Shown here: one piece after another, positions 1 to 9,030 of the stretch
Numbering within the stretch: position 1 is the first letter of the stretch
Layout of the letters: each line of letters begins with the position of its first letter
From: Dehalococcoidia bacterium
GTDB taxonomy: Bacteria > Chloroflexota > Dehalococcoidia > Lucifugimonadales > UBA1123
Reading direction: 5' to 3'
Assembly: GCA_963665255.1 (NCBI GenBank)
Contig: OY762210.1
Coordinates: forward strand, 130,866 to 194,865
DNA: 64,000 bases
Notes under the pieces: generated by a model
What the model was told of the DNA's origin: nothing
The model's input: the letters and a program-made list of their open reading frames with translations, nothing else
Database searches by the model: none
Position numbers and translations under genes: made by a program

Positions 1-190
1 AGCCCGGGCCGACATTTATGCGGCACTCCGTAACGCCCCTCCCAAACCCTCTCACGTTGGACAGGTTTCCAGCCTCCATGCGGGCAAGTGAGGTTCTCAC
101 CCTGGCCGCTGCCCCGGCATCGAGACCGTTGAACCATCGACCGAATGGACTGCGGCCCCGGTCGTCAAGGTATTCCCGGATCTCGATCAT
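1..190 (-). CDS. Addiction-module killer protein (RelE/HigB superfamily), partial; 3' end lies outside the window
   Basis: Not in the ORF track because it runs off the edge. Minus-strand ATG at 188-190 reads MIEIREYLDDRGRSPFGRWFNGLDAGAAARVRTSLARMEAGNLSNVRGFGRGVTECRINVGPG..., collinear with the paralogue at 6492-6785 (...RRLSLGNPGDIRPVGEGVSEIRINYGPGYRVYY). Confidence 0.7.
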   Translation of the reverse strand, partial: MIEIREYLDDRGRSPFGRWFNGLDAGAAARVRTSLARMEAGNLSNVRGFGRGVTECRINVGPG

Positions 191-418
191 GTCATCATGG
201 TAACACCAGAGTTACTATGAGTTAAAGATTGGGTCGGCTGTCGAATGGGGACTGGAGCAACGGGGATTGCCTGCTTCAGCATCATGAGACTTAACGACCG
301 GCGGGGAATACCCGCGTTCGCGGAGCTGTGATTGGCGACTTAGTAGCCAATCGAAACCCGGAGCGTTTGACGAGAGACGAATATGTGGACAGGATTCGAG
401 CCTTCCTGTGACTTCCCA

Positions 419-562
419 CTAGAACCCCGGCATGTTTGGACGCTCACCAAGCAGCAGCGCTCCGCCGTCGGCGAAGGTTGCTGGGCGCATGGCTACGTGG
501 GCGGCTACTGTGTGCACGTCGCGGAAAAGCCGCTCCACCGGGGACGATGTCCATATGGACTC
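419..562 (-). pseudogene. Orphan 3'-terminal fragment of an acyl-CoA-dehydrogenase-family gene (paralogous to the 3' end of 3102-4301)
   Basis: Minus-strand reading gives ...ESIWTSSPVERLFRDVHTVAAHVAMRPATFADGGALLLGERPNMPGF*. The end of 3102-4301 reads ...ESIYVSSPVERLFRDVHTVAAHVAMRPATLADGGALLLGERPNMPGF*. The nucleotide alignment 419-562 vs 3102-3245 is gap-free and roughly four-fifths identical by eye. An in-frame TGA at 632-634, 24 codons upstream, rules out a full-length gene. Confidence 0.6.
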
Positions 563-754
563 TCGTCTTTGGATGGGTCGAACTGGCGGAACGATCGTCC
601 CTCCAGTTCCGAAGCCATGCGCTCTGACGTCTCACGTTCCACCGGATAAGGGTCAGTGTCGCATCCGACGAGAGTCGCTGCGACCCCACCGGCGATAATC
701 ACGATGCTGGTAACGGGGCCAAGTATGAACTGCCAGATGAACGTCACGGAAGGC

Positions 755-943
755 CTATGGATAGAAGGTCCGGTACCCGATGACATTGGCGAACGCCCCT
801 ATCACAGCGCCGACGGCTGCCCCGATTACGGCTCCGATGACGATGCCCAAAGTATCGCCCAGCGCCCATCCGATCGCACCGCCGAGCACGATCCCAACGA
901 CGGCTCCGAACTTGGCATCCCGCGAGTTTGCGCGTTTCAGCAT
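755..943 (-). CDS. Small glycine-zipper membrane protein (hypothetical)
   Basis: ORF 755-952. The internal ATG at 943 is preceded by AAGGTG. The sequence GAVVGIVLGGAIGWALGDTLGIVIGAVIGAAVGAVIGAF is a GxxxG-rich transmembrane zipper. There is no other support. Confidence 0.35.
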   Translation of the reverse strand: MLKRANSRDAKFGAVVGIVLGGAIGWALGDTLGIVIGAVIGAAVGAVIGAFANVIGYRTFYP

Positions 944-1099
944 GGGCGTCACCTTTCTGCGCGGAACAGGGCTGATGATGTGACCAGTGCGGCTAGCTTG
1001 CTACATAAGAGTCGGCTGTTGTGGGCAAGCGGACCTTAAAGCGTCCGTCTCTCTTCTGCGAAGTCTTTCTGGCCAAAGTTGCTATTATGTGCTTCCTTC

Positions 1100-1456
1100 T
1101 CAGGTTATCCGTGATCTTGATATGCGGATTCTCCCGCCGCGTACTGTCACTATCGAGCGCGCTTCTAGCGCCTCCTGATGACGATCGAGCAGTTCTGCCA
1201 TCAGAGCAATACGCTGCGCCGCAGGTACGTCCGGGAGGCGAACCAGTCCGGCATGTGGAACATCATGCAGGTGTATGAGTTCACCAAAGTCGGTGTCGAT
1301 GGTGACCAGCACCCGCACTTCGGACTCGGCCAGCTCCAGCAGGGCTCGATCTCCCGGGTCAGGGCCGAGCTCCCTGGCCTCGACAACGTCGTGTCCGTTG
1401 ATGCGAAGCCACTCTGCTAAACGGGCGCCGGCGCACCGGTCAACCAGAAACCTCAC
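1100..1456 (-). CDS. PIN-like toxin, DUF5615 (Mut7-C-like) family
   Basis: 118 aa. MRFLVDRCAGARLAEWLRINGHDVV...VLVTIDTDFGELI is typical of DUF5615 proteins that pair with DUF433. The GTG start overlaps the upstream stop by 1 nt (TAGTG). Confidence 0.7.
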   Translation of the reverse strand: MRFLVDRCAGARLAEWLRINGHDVVEARELGPDPGDRALLELAESEVRVLVTIDTDFGELIHLHDVPHAGLVRLPDVPAAQRIALMAELLDRHQEALEARSIVTVRGGRIRISRSRIT

Positions 1457-1704
1457 TATCCCTCTACAGACACAGCGGCCAGAGAGTCTCCTGCAATAAC
1501 AGCATGAGCGTAGGCTGTGCAGGCGCGAATGTCCTCCAGTTCGAGGTCAGGATAGTCGTCGAGGATGTCCTCAGGCTCGACACCCTGGGAGAGCAAACTC
1601 AGAATTAGCTCCACAGACACACGCATGTCGCGAATGATCGGCTTGCCGCCAAAGATATCGGGGCGGGCGGTTATCCGCTTCAGGAGGTCCTGGTCGATCG
1701 TCAT
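1456..1704 (-). CDS. DUF433-family antitoxin
   Basis: MTIDQDLLKRITARPDIFGGKPIIRDMRVSVELILSLLSQGVEPEDILDDYPDLELEDIRACTAYA is the DUF433 signature. I chose the ATG at 1704 with GGAG upstream; the ORF track begins at a TTG at 1728. Confidence 0.75.
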   Translation of the reverse strand: MTIDQDLLKRITARPDIFGGKPIIRDMRVSVELILSLLSQGVEPEDILDDYPDLELEDIRACTAYAHAVIAGDSLAAVSVEG

Positions 1705-1896
1705 GCCGTAGCTCCGTAGTATCTCCAACGGTTAGTTGTCAGGGCTGTCAACAGCATAGCATCGGCACACCACCAGGTCACTCGACGGACATGATCAGCA
1801 AACAGGTGGAACGGCTTGGCGATCAAGCCTTGGCCAAGTCGACCTCGCACCCCAGTAGGACTATGCGACGGTCCGGGCCGACTGTCTCCTGTCGCC

Positions 1897-3012
1897 TCAC
1901 GCCACGGTTACACGCCGGCCTTCGTCGCTGGACTGCTGGATGGCGTCGATGAGCCGGTGCAGGCCGACGGCGTGGTCGAAGTCGGGGACCGCGGGGACTG
2001 CGCTGGCTGTGCTGTGGATCGACGCTGCGAACTGGCTGTATAGCTGGCCCACGTTGTAGGCCGATCCGTCGGATATCTCAGGTGCGGGATACAGCTCCGC
2101 AGGCGGCGTCAGGTCCTCCAGGTCGTTGCTCCCGCCCCGAGCACCCCTGATTCTTACGTTCTGAAGCTGTGGCGAATCTATGGAGTCCGCCACCAGTGTT
2201 CCCTCTTCGCCGTATATCTCCATCAGGTAGCCGCTGCCGGCCCACGCGGTGTTGCCGACCTGCACCGACGCCACGGCGCCGCTCTGAAGGTTGCCGCTGA
2301 CCAATATGTTGTCCGGCGACGTCACCGGCAGGTCCTTACCGGTGTCGGTCTCATGCCAGGTGGTGGCCTGGGTGCTGACGACGGCGGCCACGTCTGCGAA
2401 CTCGCCGACCACACTGCACATCGCGTCGATGGTATGTCCATGGGCGATGGTCAGCGTATTCGCCCCAAGCTCGACGTCGCGCTGCCACGTCCGTCCCGAC
2501 ACCCGCGATAGCACACCCTCGCGCATCAGCCGCACGTGACAGGTCATCACCCGTCCCACGTATCCGTCGGCCACGAGGTTCCGCAGGTGGATGATGGCTG
2601 GATTGGCCCTCGCCTGCACACCGACCGCTGTCCTGACGCCCTGCTGACGGGCGAACTCGGCCATCTCGATAGCCTCTGCGGTGGTGCGACCCAGGGGCCA
2701 CTCGGTGAAGGTGTGCTTGCCGGCACGCAGTGACGCCATGGTCGGCTCGTAGTGTGAGGGCACCCGCAGCGAGATCGTGGCGGCATCGATGTCGGCGTCG
2801 GCCAGCATCTTGTTGTAGTCGTCCCACGCGCTGCCCGCGTTGAACGCCGCCTTAGCCTCGTCCGCCGACTCCTGACGTGTGGTGCAGACGGCTGCCAGTT
2901 CATATTGAGAGTGCGCCTCCAGCGCAGGCAGGTGCGCCCTCGGCGACCATCCCTGGTGAATGTTTGCTCCGATAAGTCCAAGTCGAATCGGCTGTTGCGA
3001 AGTCATACTCAA
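1897..3012 (-). CDS. Gfo/Idh/MocA-family NAD(P)-dependent oxidoreductase
   Basis: 371 aa. N-terminal Rossmann motif IRLGLIGANIHQGWSPRAHLPAL, and the overall pattern is typical of this family. Confidence 0.85.
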   Translation of the reverse strand: MSMTSQQPIRLGLIGANIHQGWSPRAHLPALEAHSQYELAAVCTTRQESADEAKAAFNAGSAWDDYNKMLADADIDAATISLRVPSHYEPTMASLRAGKHTFTEWPLGRTTAEAIEMAEFARQQGVRTAVGVQARANPAIIHLRNLVADGYVGRVMTCHVRLMREGVLSRVSGRTWQRDVELGANTLTIAHGHTIDAMCSVVGEFADVAAVVSTQATTWHETDTGKDLPVTSPDNILVSGNLQSGAVASVQVGNTAWAGSGYLMEIYGEEGTLVADSIDSPQLQNVRIRGARGGSNDLEDLTPPAELYPAPEISDGSAYNVGQLYSQFAASIHSTASAVPAVPDFDHAVGLHRLIDAIQQSSDEGRRVTVA

Positions 3013-3101
3013 TCTCCTGTTTCGTGTCGAGATAGTGCGGTCATCGTACCGGAGTCTTTCACAGTACTGGAACCAACTACGGCAGGCAGCCGAGAGGCTC
3101 C

Positions 3102-4301
3102 CTAGAAGCCCGGCATGTTCGGCCTCTCGCCCAGCAGCAGCGCTCCGCCGTCGGCCAGGGTCGCAGGCCGCATGGCGACGTGTGCGGCGACGGTGTGTAC
3201 GTCGCGGAACAGCCGCTCCACAGGCGACGAGACGTATATGGACTCAGTGCCCCCGGCGCGGTACACCCGGTCCACCGCGTCGACTGAGGCGGTGCCCGCA
3301 TTGGTGCAGGCAAGGCGGAAGTGGGCTCGCAGCTCCGAACTCAGCGGTTCGTCGGTGGTGATCTTCGCCCACACCTGGCCCAGAGTGTCATGCAGGTAGG
3401 CCCGCGCGCTGCCCACGAGGGCCTCTGCGGCCCCCAGGTCGGCCTGCTTGTCGAAATTGGTTGACGCCGGACGACTGCTCGGCAGTTCCTGCTTCCCCCC
3501 AAGGATTTCGATCAGGCTGTCGACCGCACCTCGCGCTCCCCCCAACGCAACAGACGCCATCGCGCCGACCACCATTGCGCTGTAGGTGTAGTGACGGTTC
3601 GGACGAAGGTTCGGCGCCCGCAGCGGGTGCTGGGACACCATCCGGTCGGGAACGAAGACGTCGTCCATCGTGTAGTCGTGGCTGCCGGTACCCCGCAGGC
3701 CCGTCGAGTGCCAGGTATCGAGGATGTGGCAGTCACCAATCGGCGTGTAGAACACCCGCCAGGCGGGGATGTCGCCATCCATGATCGGCCCCTGCTCATC
3801 GTGGAGCCAGCCGCCGCTGGCCATCCAGTCAGCCTGGTGACAGCCACTGCCCATGGGCCACTGACCTGATACTCGCCAGCCGCCGTCGACCCTCAGCGCC
3901 TGTCCATGAGGCACCAGGTTGCCGACGACGTTCACCTGCGCGCCCGGCGTGAAGATTTCTCCGATCGCCTCGTCCGACAGTACCCTTGCGGTCCAGAAGT
4001 TCGTGGAGGCGACGATCATCACAACCCAGCCCACGGAGGGGCTGACCGTTGACAGCGTCTCCACCACCTGCGCCGCGGTGAGCGGGTCGACCTCCAGGCC
4101 TCCCAGCTCCCGGTCCAGCAACATGCGGAAGAACCCCGCATCGGCCAGCCTGGTCACCAATCGGTCCGGCAAGCGGCGCGCATCGTCGATCTCATCGACC
4201 ATGCCCCCGATTTCGGGGAGCAGGGAGTGCGCCGAACCAATAAGGTCCTCGCCCAGGATGCCATCCGCCCCGTCAGTTGCGTTATCGCGAGTGTCGCTCA
4301 T
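3102..4301 (-). CDS. Acyl-CoA dehydrogenase-fold flavoenzyme (group D flavin monooxygenase-like)
   Basis: 399 aa. ACAD N-terminal, middle and C-terminal architecture (…GWRVSGQWPMGSGCHQADW…, C-terminal ERLFRDVHTVAAHV). Substrate unknown. Confidence 0.8.
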   Translation of the reverse strand: MSDTRDNATDGADGILGEDLIGSAHSLLPEIGGMVDEIDDARRLPDRLVTRLADAGFFRMLLDRELGGLEVDPLTAAQVVETLSTVSPSVGWVVMIVASTNFWTARVLSDEAIGEIFTPGAQVNVVGNLVPHGQALRVDGGWRVSGQWPMGSGCHQADWMASGGWLHDEQGPIMDGDIPAWRVFYTPIGDCHILDTWHSTGLRGTGSHDYTMDDVFVPDRMVSQHPLRAPNLRPNRHYTYSAMVVGAMASVALGGARGAVDSLIEILGGKQELPSSRPASTNFDKQADLGAAEALVGSARAYLHDTLGQVWAKITTDEPLSSELRAHFRLACTNAGTASVDAVDRVYRAGGTESIYVSSPVERLFRDVHTVAAHVAMRPATLADGGALLLGERPNMPGF

Positions 4302-4322
4302 TGATAGTCCTGCTTCCGGTAA

Positions 4323-4691
4323 TTACGCGTCCAGGATCCTCTCCAGCCGGACCTGGTTGATCACCAGGAGACTCCGATAGGCAGAACGTGCCTCGCAGAG
4401 GATTCGCTGCGGATCATGCTGGTACTCAGCCCACACTTTCTGGGTCAGATCGGCTACTCTCCCGATCCCCGCTTCATGTACGGACGGATCGAGCGCGTCG
4501 AAGTTGCCCTTACGCATCCAGATGGACGCTTCAGAACGCCCGGTGGCTTCTGCAAGCTCTGTTATAGCAGTATCAAACTGGCTTATACCCCTGTTCCGTA
4601 GGTAGAGCACAGCCAGATCTTCCTCTCGTGTCCACTGCCTTCCTGTCATCAGACCACTCCTGAACTCTTCGAACCACGGCCGCCCCAGCAT
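4323..4691 (-). CDS. Hypothetical protein (resembles the N-terminal domain found in some HNH endonucleases; no HNH motif present)
   Basis: 122 aa. WTREEDLAVLYLRNRG...LAEATGRSEASIWMRKGNFDALDP resembles the N-terminus of certain HNH proteins, but the nuclease part is missing. Confidence 0.4.
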   Translation of the reverse strand: MLGRPWFEEFRSGLMTGRQWTREEDLAVLYLRNRGISQFDTAITELAEATGRSEASIWMRKGNFDALDPSVHEAGIGRVADLTQKVWAEYQHDPQRILCEARSAYRSLLVINQVRLERILDA

Positions 4692-4822
4692 TGACCTGAA
4701 CGTCTCCGATGCCTGGGACAGTTCGACCGACGTATACAGATGTCGTGTTCATGTTACCGTACTGTCTTGAGCGTGGGGGTGATTGCGGGAGGGACCCTGG
4801 AGAAGAGAGATCGACATGATCC

Positions 4823-6112
4823 ATGAAAGATAGCCAGCCGGGTTTCTACTACGGTTGGGTGATCGTGGCCGTGATGGCCGTGTCCAGGGCTGTGACGATG
4901 GGCATGGGGTCACTCAACTTTGGCCTGTTCATCAAGCCCATGGGAGACCAGTTGGGAATTGGGCGCGCCGACTTCGGCTGGGCACAGACTGCCCGTCAGG
5001 CATCGAGCTCCGTCACCAGCCCAGTCGTCGGCTGGCTGCTCGACAGGTACGGCGCCCGCATCATGCTGCCTGTTGCGGTGACCCTGACCGGCGTATCCAT
5101 GATCGGGCTCGCATATGTAAGTCACGCCTGGCAGCTCATCGCCCTGTTCGCCATCATGGGACTCGTCGGACTGAGCGGCCCGGGGGCGCTGGTTACGTCC
5201 GTGCCGGTGCTGAAGTGGTTTGTGGTCGACCGGGGCAAGGCTGTCGCCTTCATGTCCCTGGGAGTCCCATTCGGGGCGCTGATCTTCATCCCACTCACCC
5301 AGTTCGTCATAAACGTCGCCGGTTGGGAGATGTCCTGGATAGTCCTGGCCGTTATCGGGATAGCTGTGGTCGTTCCGCTCACTGGCATATTCGTCCGGAG
5401 GCAGCCCGAGGATATTGGACTCCTGCCCGACGGAGCTGTAGCACGGGACTCGGAGGAAGGTGACTCCGGCGCGCCAGGTGCGGCTTCCGAAGAGGTCTCC
5501 TGGACGGTGTCCGAGGCGATGCGAAGCACAACGCTGTGGAGACTAGTCATCGTGTTCAGCGCGGTGTCACTTGCCACCAGCACTGTCGGCCTTCACAGAA
5601 TCCCCTCCTTCATGGACAAGGGGCTCGACCCCACGCTGATCTCCTTCGCCACCGCGTTCGACGCCGTGTGCGCGGGTGTGTCGACCTTCTCCTTCGGGAT
5701 GCTGGTCAGGTACATTCCCGCGCGATATCTCGGAGCGACCGGCTTCATGTTGCTCGCGACGGCCAGCGTTCTCACCATCTATGCCAACAACATCCTGATC
5801 GTGTTCGTATCGATGGCGGTATTCGGACTGGGAATCGGCGGCATGATGTTCCTGCAGAACTTCATCTGGGCTGACTACTTCGGTCGCGAGAGTGTGGGCA
5901 GCATCCGCGGACTCGTGAACCCGATCAACCTTGTGGTCGGCGGACTTGGAGCGCCCATAGCCGGCTACATCCACGACTTCACCGGCACGTACGATCCCGC
6001 TTGGTGGGTGGGTGTCGCCCTAATGGTCTTCGCCGCCCTCCTGACCGTCGTCACACCGGCGCCAACAAAGCCTGTCGCCGGCGACGGGGAACGAGCCTCG
6101 CCGGTGCCGTGA
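4823..6112 (+). CDS. MFS transporter
   Basis: 429 aa with about 12 predicted TM segments and a central hydrophilic loop (ARDSEEGDSGAPGAASEE). MFS-like motif GWLLDRYGAR after TM2. Confidence 0.85.
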   Translation: MKDSQPGFYYGWVIVAVMAVSRAVTMGMGSLNFGLFIKPMGDQLGIGRADFGWAQTARQASSSVTSPVVGWLLDRYGARIMLPVAVTLTGVSMIGLAYVSHAWQLIALFAIMGLVGLSGPGALVTSVPVLKWFVVDRGKAVAFMSLGVPFGALIFIPLTQFVINVAGWEMSWIVLAVIGIAVVVPLTGIFVRRQPEDIGLLPDGAVARDSEEGDSGAPGAASEEVSWTVSEAMRSTTLWRLVIVFSAVSLATSTVGLHRIPSFMDKGLDPTLISFATAFDAVCAGVSTFSFGMLVRYIPARYLGATGFMLLATASVLTIYANNILIVFVSMAVFGLGIGGMMFLQNFIWADYFGRESVGSIRGLVNPINLVVGGLGAPIAGYIHDFTGTYDPAWWVGVALMVFAALLTVVTPAPTKPVAGDGERASPVP

Positions 6113-6174
6113 GGCTAAGGACGGGGGTTGCGAAAACCGGGGATTAGCGTGGCGCTCTCAGGATAAGTCAGTCG

Positions 6175-6477
6175 TCATTCGCCACCTTCAGGAAGGGTGG
6201 TGGCCTGAAGTCGAAGGCCCAGGGCGCTTACCACTTTGAGTACGGTCGCAAACTCCGGGTTGCCATCGGTAGAGAGTGACTTGTAGAGGCTCTCCCTACC
6301 CAGGCCCGTCTCCTGTGCCACAACCGCCATTCTCCTGGCGCGGGCGATGTCGCCAAGGGTCGCCATGATCAGGCCGAGGTCGCCATCCTCCAGTGCGACG
6401 TTCAGATATGCCGCCATGTCCTCCTCGGTCTCCAGGTGCTCAGCGGGGTCCCACGGCCTCGTCTTCGTCTTTTCCAT
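6175..6477 (-). CDS. Addiction-module antidote protein (HigA/XRE-like)
   Basis: 100 aa. RPWDPAEHLETEEDMAAYLNVALEDGD...IARARRMAVVAQETGLGRESLYKSLSTDGNPEFATVLKVVSALG is the classical antidote partner of the killer protein upstream. Confidence 0.8.
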   Translation of the reverse strand: MEKTKTRPWDPAEHLETEEDMAAYLNVALEDGDLGLIMATLGDIARARRMAVVAQETGLGRESLYKSLSTDGNPEFATVLKVVSALGLRLQATTLPEGGE

Positions 6478-6491
6478 TGCTCTGCTCCCTC

Positions 6492-6785
6492 CTACAGTCC
6501 CCGTGCCAGATCAATCGCCCTTCGGATGTCCCGTACCTGGCTGTCCTTGTCGCCTCCAGCCAGAAGGACTACCAGGGTCTCTCCTCGCTGAATGTAGTAC
6601 ACCCGGTACCCTGGTCCATAGTTGATCCGAATCTCGGATACCCCTTCGCCTACGGGTCTTATGTCTCCGGGATTACCCAGGGACAACCGACGTATGCGGC
6701 TGTCTATTCGTACCCTGGCTTGTCTATCGCGAAGCCTTCTGAACCAGCGGGCGTAGACCTCAGTCTGGCGAATCTCGATCATCAC
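6492..6785 (-). CDS. Addiction-module killer protein (RelE/HigB superfamily)
   Basis: 97 aa. ...RIRRLSLGNPGDIRPVGEGVSEIRINYGPGYRVYYIQRGETLVVLLAGGDKDSQ. Lies 14 nt upstream of its antidote gene. Confidence 0.85.
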   Translation of the reverse strand: MMIEIRQTEVYARWFRRLRDRQARVRIDSRIRRLSLGNPGDIRPVGEGVSEIRINYGPGYRVYYIQRGETLVVLLAGGDKDSQVRDIRRAIDLARGL

Positions 6786-6882
6786 ACAACTGTAGTCTAC
6801 AGGATACTTTCAGGCAAGAGTGGTCGGCACCTCGGAGGCGCAGATGACCGCAGCTTTCACAGGCGCTCCCGGCCCGGCAACT

Positions 6883-7668
6883 TTACCCGCTGGTGAAGAT
6901 CTCGTTGGCGAGGTCCATTGCGCCGCGCGCGAACGGTATGCCGGCGTAGAGCGTCATGTGGCCGAACACCTCGATGACCTGGTCCTGCGTGAACCCGATG
7001 TTCAGCGCGGCCCTGATGTGGCTCCGCAGCGGACCCTCGCGTCCCAGCGCGGCTAGGCACGCCATGGTGCAGATGCAGCGGCTGGCGAGATCGAGCCCCG
7101 GTCGGGTCCAGGTCGCGCCCCAGTAGTACTCTCCGGTGATCTGACCCAGCTCCCTCTCAGCCTGTGTCGGCTGGTTCGCGCGTGTGGGCGAAGTGGTGCC
7201 CATGTAGCGCTGCCGTAGCTCCTCGCCGCGCTGGAACAGGCTGTCGGGATCTTCGTTGGTGTCGTGGACGCGCGACGGCGTGAAGTCTATCCCCCGCTCC
7301 TCGAAGACCTCCTTGCAGATCGTCAGCGCCTGGATGCCCGCCGGCGCTGCACCGTACCAGGTGTCGTGAATGATCAGCTCCACTAGCTGCTCGGGGGTCA
7401 GTCCGACGTTCAGGGCGTTGCCCAGGTGTCGCTTGAGCTGCACCTCGCGGTTCATGACGATGAGGCACGACAGCGTGATCATCTCCCGCTGAACCGGCGT
7501 CAACGCGGGCCGCCTCCAGATGTCGCCGAACAGCGCCTCGCCGAGAATTCTCTCCAGGTCCGGCGCAAGCTCCCATGCTGCCGGCGCCGACCCGCTGGAG
7601 ATCTGTCCGCCGCCGAACATCCTCCGAGTCTCCTGCCCTCGTTCGTAGCGGTCGTCCAGTTCACTCAT
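6883..7668 (-). CDS. Carboxymuconolactone decarboxylase (CMD/AhpD-like) family protein, two CMD repeats
   Basis: 261 aa. Two copies of the CMD pattern (…RPALTPVQREMITLSCLIVMNREVQLKRHLGNALNVGLTPEQLVELI… and …RPGLDLASRCICTMACLAALGREGPLRSHIRAALNIGFTQDQVIEVF…). Confidence 0.85.
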   Translation of the reverse strand: MSELDDRYERGQETRRMFGGGQISSGSAPAAWELAPDLERILGEALFGDIWRRPALTPVQREMITLSCLIVMNREVQLKRHLGNALNVGLTPEQLVELIIHDTWYGAAPAGIQALTICKEVFEERGIDFTPSRVHDTNEDPDSLFQRGEELRQRYMGTTSPTRANQPTQAERELGQITGEYYWGATWTRPGLDLASRCICTMACLAALGREGPLRSHIRAALNIGFTQDQVIEVFGHMTLYAGIPFARGAMDLANEIFTSG

Positions 7669-7831
7669 AGTGCGCCTCCGTGGTGTGTGTGCCGGGATTC
7701 CAGTCGCCGACAGTGTACGGGGGCATCAGTGTGGGGGCAATTGTTCCAGACCAGGGTGGACGGCATGTTCTGCTAGCTGGCTTCGTCAGTGCAAGGGAAT
7801 CAGTGGCCAGGATGGGAAGACGTGGCAGTTC

Positions 7832-8581
7832 TTACTCCCCCCGCAGGCGCCGGAGTTCAGCCTCCAGTTCTTGCACACGAGACTCGGCGGCTTCTGCGCG
7901 GGTGCGTTCCTCTTCTGCACGGGTGCGTTCCTCTTCAGCACGGGTGTGCTCCTCTTCGGCACGTTCCCGCTCCTCTTTTCGCCTGAGTAGCCAGCGTTCT
8001 GCAACTGGGTCCCAGAATCGCAGGTCATCCTCCGACCACCAGATGTCCAGATTCAGAGCCTCGCTATGTGACCACACCCGACCATCGGACTCGTGCCGAA
8101 GCTCGAACCTGTGATACTCGCCGTCCCGAAGGTATTCGCCTACAAGTGGCTCGCCATAGAACTCACCGCCCGTCGCATCGTAGCGCCAGTATTCGGACAC
8201 GCCAAGCTCCGCGTAAAGGTCACGCTTGCGACCCAGATCGACGTTGGCTGTGCTGGGAGAACCTATCTCCAGTACGAAGTCCGGTGCCTTGCCAACTTCC
8301 CATAGCAGGTATGTGTTGTTCCCCTCCAGCGACAGTGAATGCAGCGCTGTCTCCGACAGCCCAAAGACCACGTAGCAGTCGGGAGAGACCAAGCGTCGGG
8401 GATTGCCTTCGACGTAGTAGATGAACGTGTTCCCGTTGACATTTGCGTCCTGAACGTCTCGGAAGTGGTCTTCGAGGTCACCCACTATCCTGCGATAAAG
8501 AGGCGCTTGGTACTCTCCGTCTGGCAATGGCATACCGTCCGATTCAGGATAGACAATGGCAGTGGAGGCTCGGGTGGTCAT
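7832..8581 (-). CDS. Uma2-family (DUF820) endonuclease with C-terminal coiled-coil repeat tail
   Basis: 249 aa. YPESDGMPLPDGEYQ...SPDCYVVFG...PDFVLEIGSPST...KRDLYAELGVSEYWRYD is the PD-(D/E)xK Uma2 pattern. The tail reads RAEEEHTRAEEERTRAEEERTRAE...ELRRLRGE. Confidence 0.85.
   Translation of the reverse strand: MTTRASTAIVYPESDGMPLPDGEYQAPLYRRIVGDLEDHFRDVQDANVNGNTFIYYVEGNPRRLVSPDCYVVFGLSETALHSLSLEGNNTYLLWEVGKAPDFVLEIGSPSTANVDLGRKRDLYAELGVSEYWRYDATGGEFYGEPLVGEYLRDGEYHRFELRHESDGRVWSHSEALNLDIWWSEDDLRFWDPVAERWLLRRKEERERAEEEHTRAEEERTRAEEERTRAEAAESRVQELEAELRRLRGE
7896..7979. repeat. 21-bp tandem repeat, about 4 units, inside the Uma2 gene
   Basis: Units gcgcgggtgcgttcctcttct / gcacgggtgcgttcctcttca / gcacgggtgtgctcctcttcg / gcacgttcccgctcctctttt. 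They encode the (RAEEE[HR]T)n tail. Confidence 0.8.
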
Positions 8582-8889
8582 GGCCTACTCCTTTGCTCCC
8601 CGACATTTTACCACGCGGTATGAAACTGCCTGTATCGCCAGCTTCGGCCCTTCGCCAGCCCGATGTCTTGGCTCAACCCCAGTGTGTCTGTGGTAGTGCC
8701 CTCGTATCCCAACACCGGCTAGCACTCTCGGTTGACGGTCAATAGTCATAAAGTCGGATTGATTGATATTAGTTTAATGCTAGTCTTTTGTTTATGGAAA
8801 TGGTTAGTGATATTCAGGGTTATCGGTGGTGTTCGCACGGTTGTAGACCGACCAGCCGGCTGCACTGCCGGGAGCTGGAAGGCTTCTTC

Positions 8890-9030
8890 TGAACACCCCG
8901 AGTGAAGGCAGGCATGAAGTGGAAATCAGCTGGACACCAAGGCCGGGGGACAGTCTGGTAAGGGTACCGAGGCAGAGCGGTCTGGAGAAGCTCAGGTTCT
9001 CTGCTGATAGCGTGCGTAAGACGCGCAGGG
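8890..9030 (+). promoter_or_regulatory. Structured 5' leader of the K+ transporter gene; candidate c-di-AMP (ydaO/kimA-type) riboswitch
   Basis: The leader contains GAAAUCAG, CCGGGGGAC, GGUAAGGG and CUGAUAGCGUGCGUAAGACGCG in the same order as elements I recall from the ydaO motif. The match is partial and from memory, with no covariance search. Confidence 0.3.

Noticed and set aside
4323-4691. Calling this ORF an HNH endonuclease.
   Set aside because: Only the N-terminal accessory-domain resemblance is present. No HNH or His-Me finger motif exists in the 122 aa, so it is left as hypothetical.
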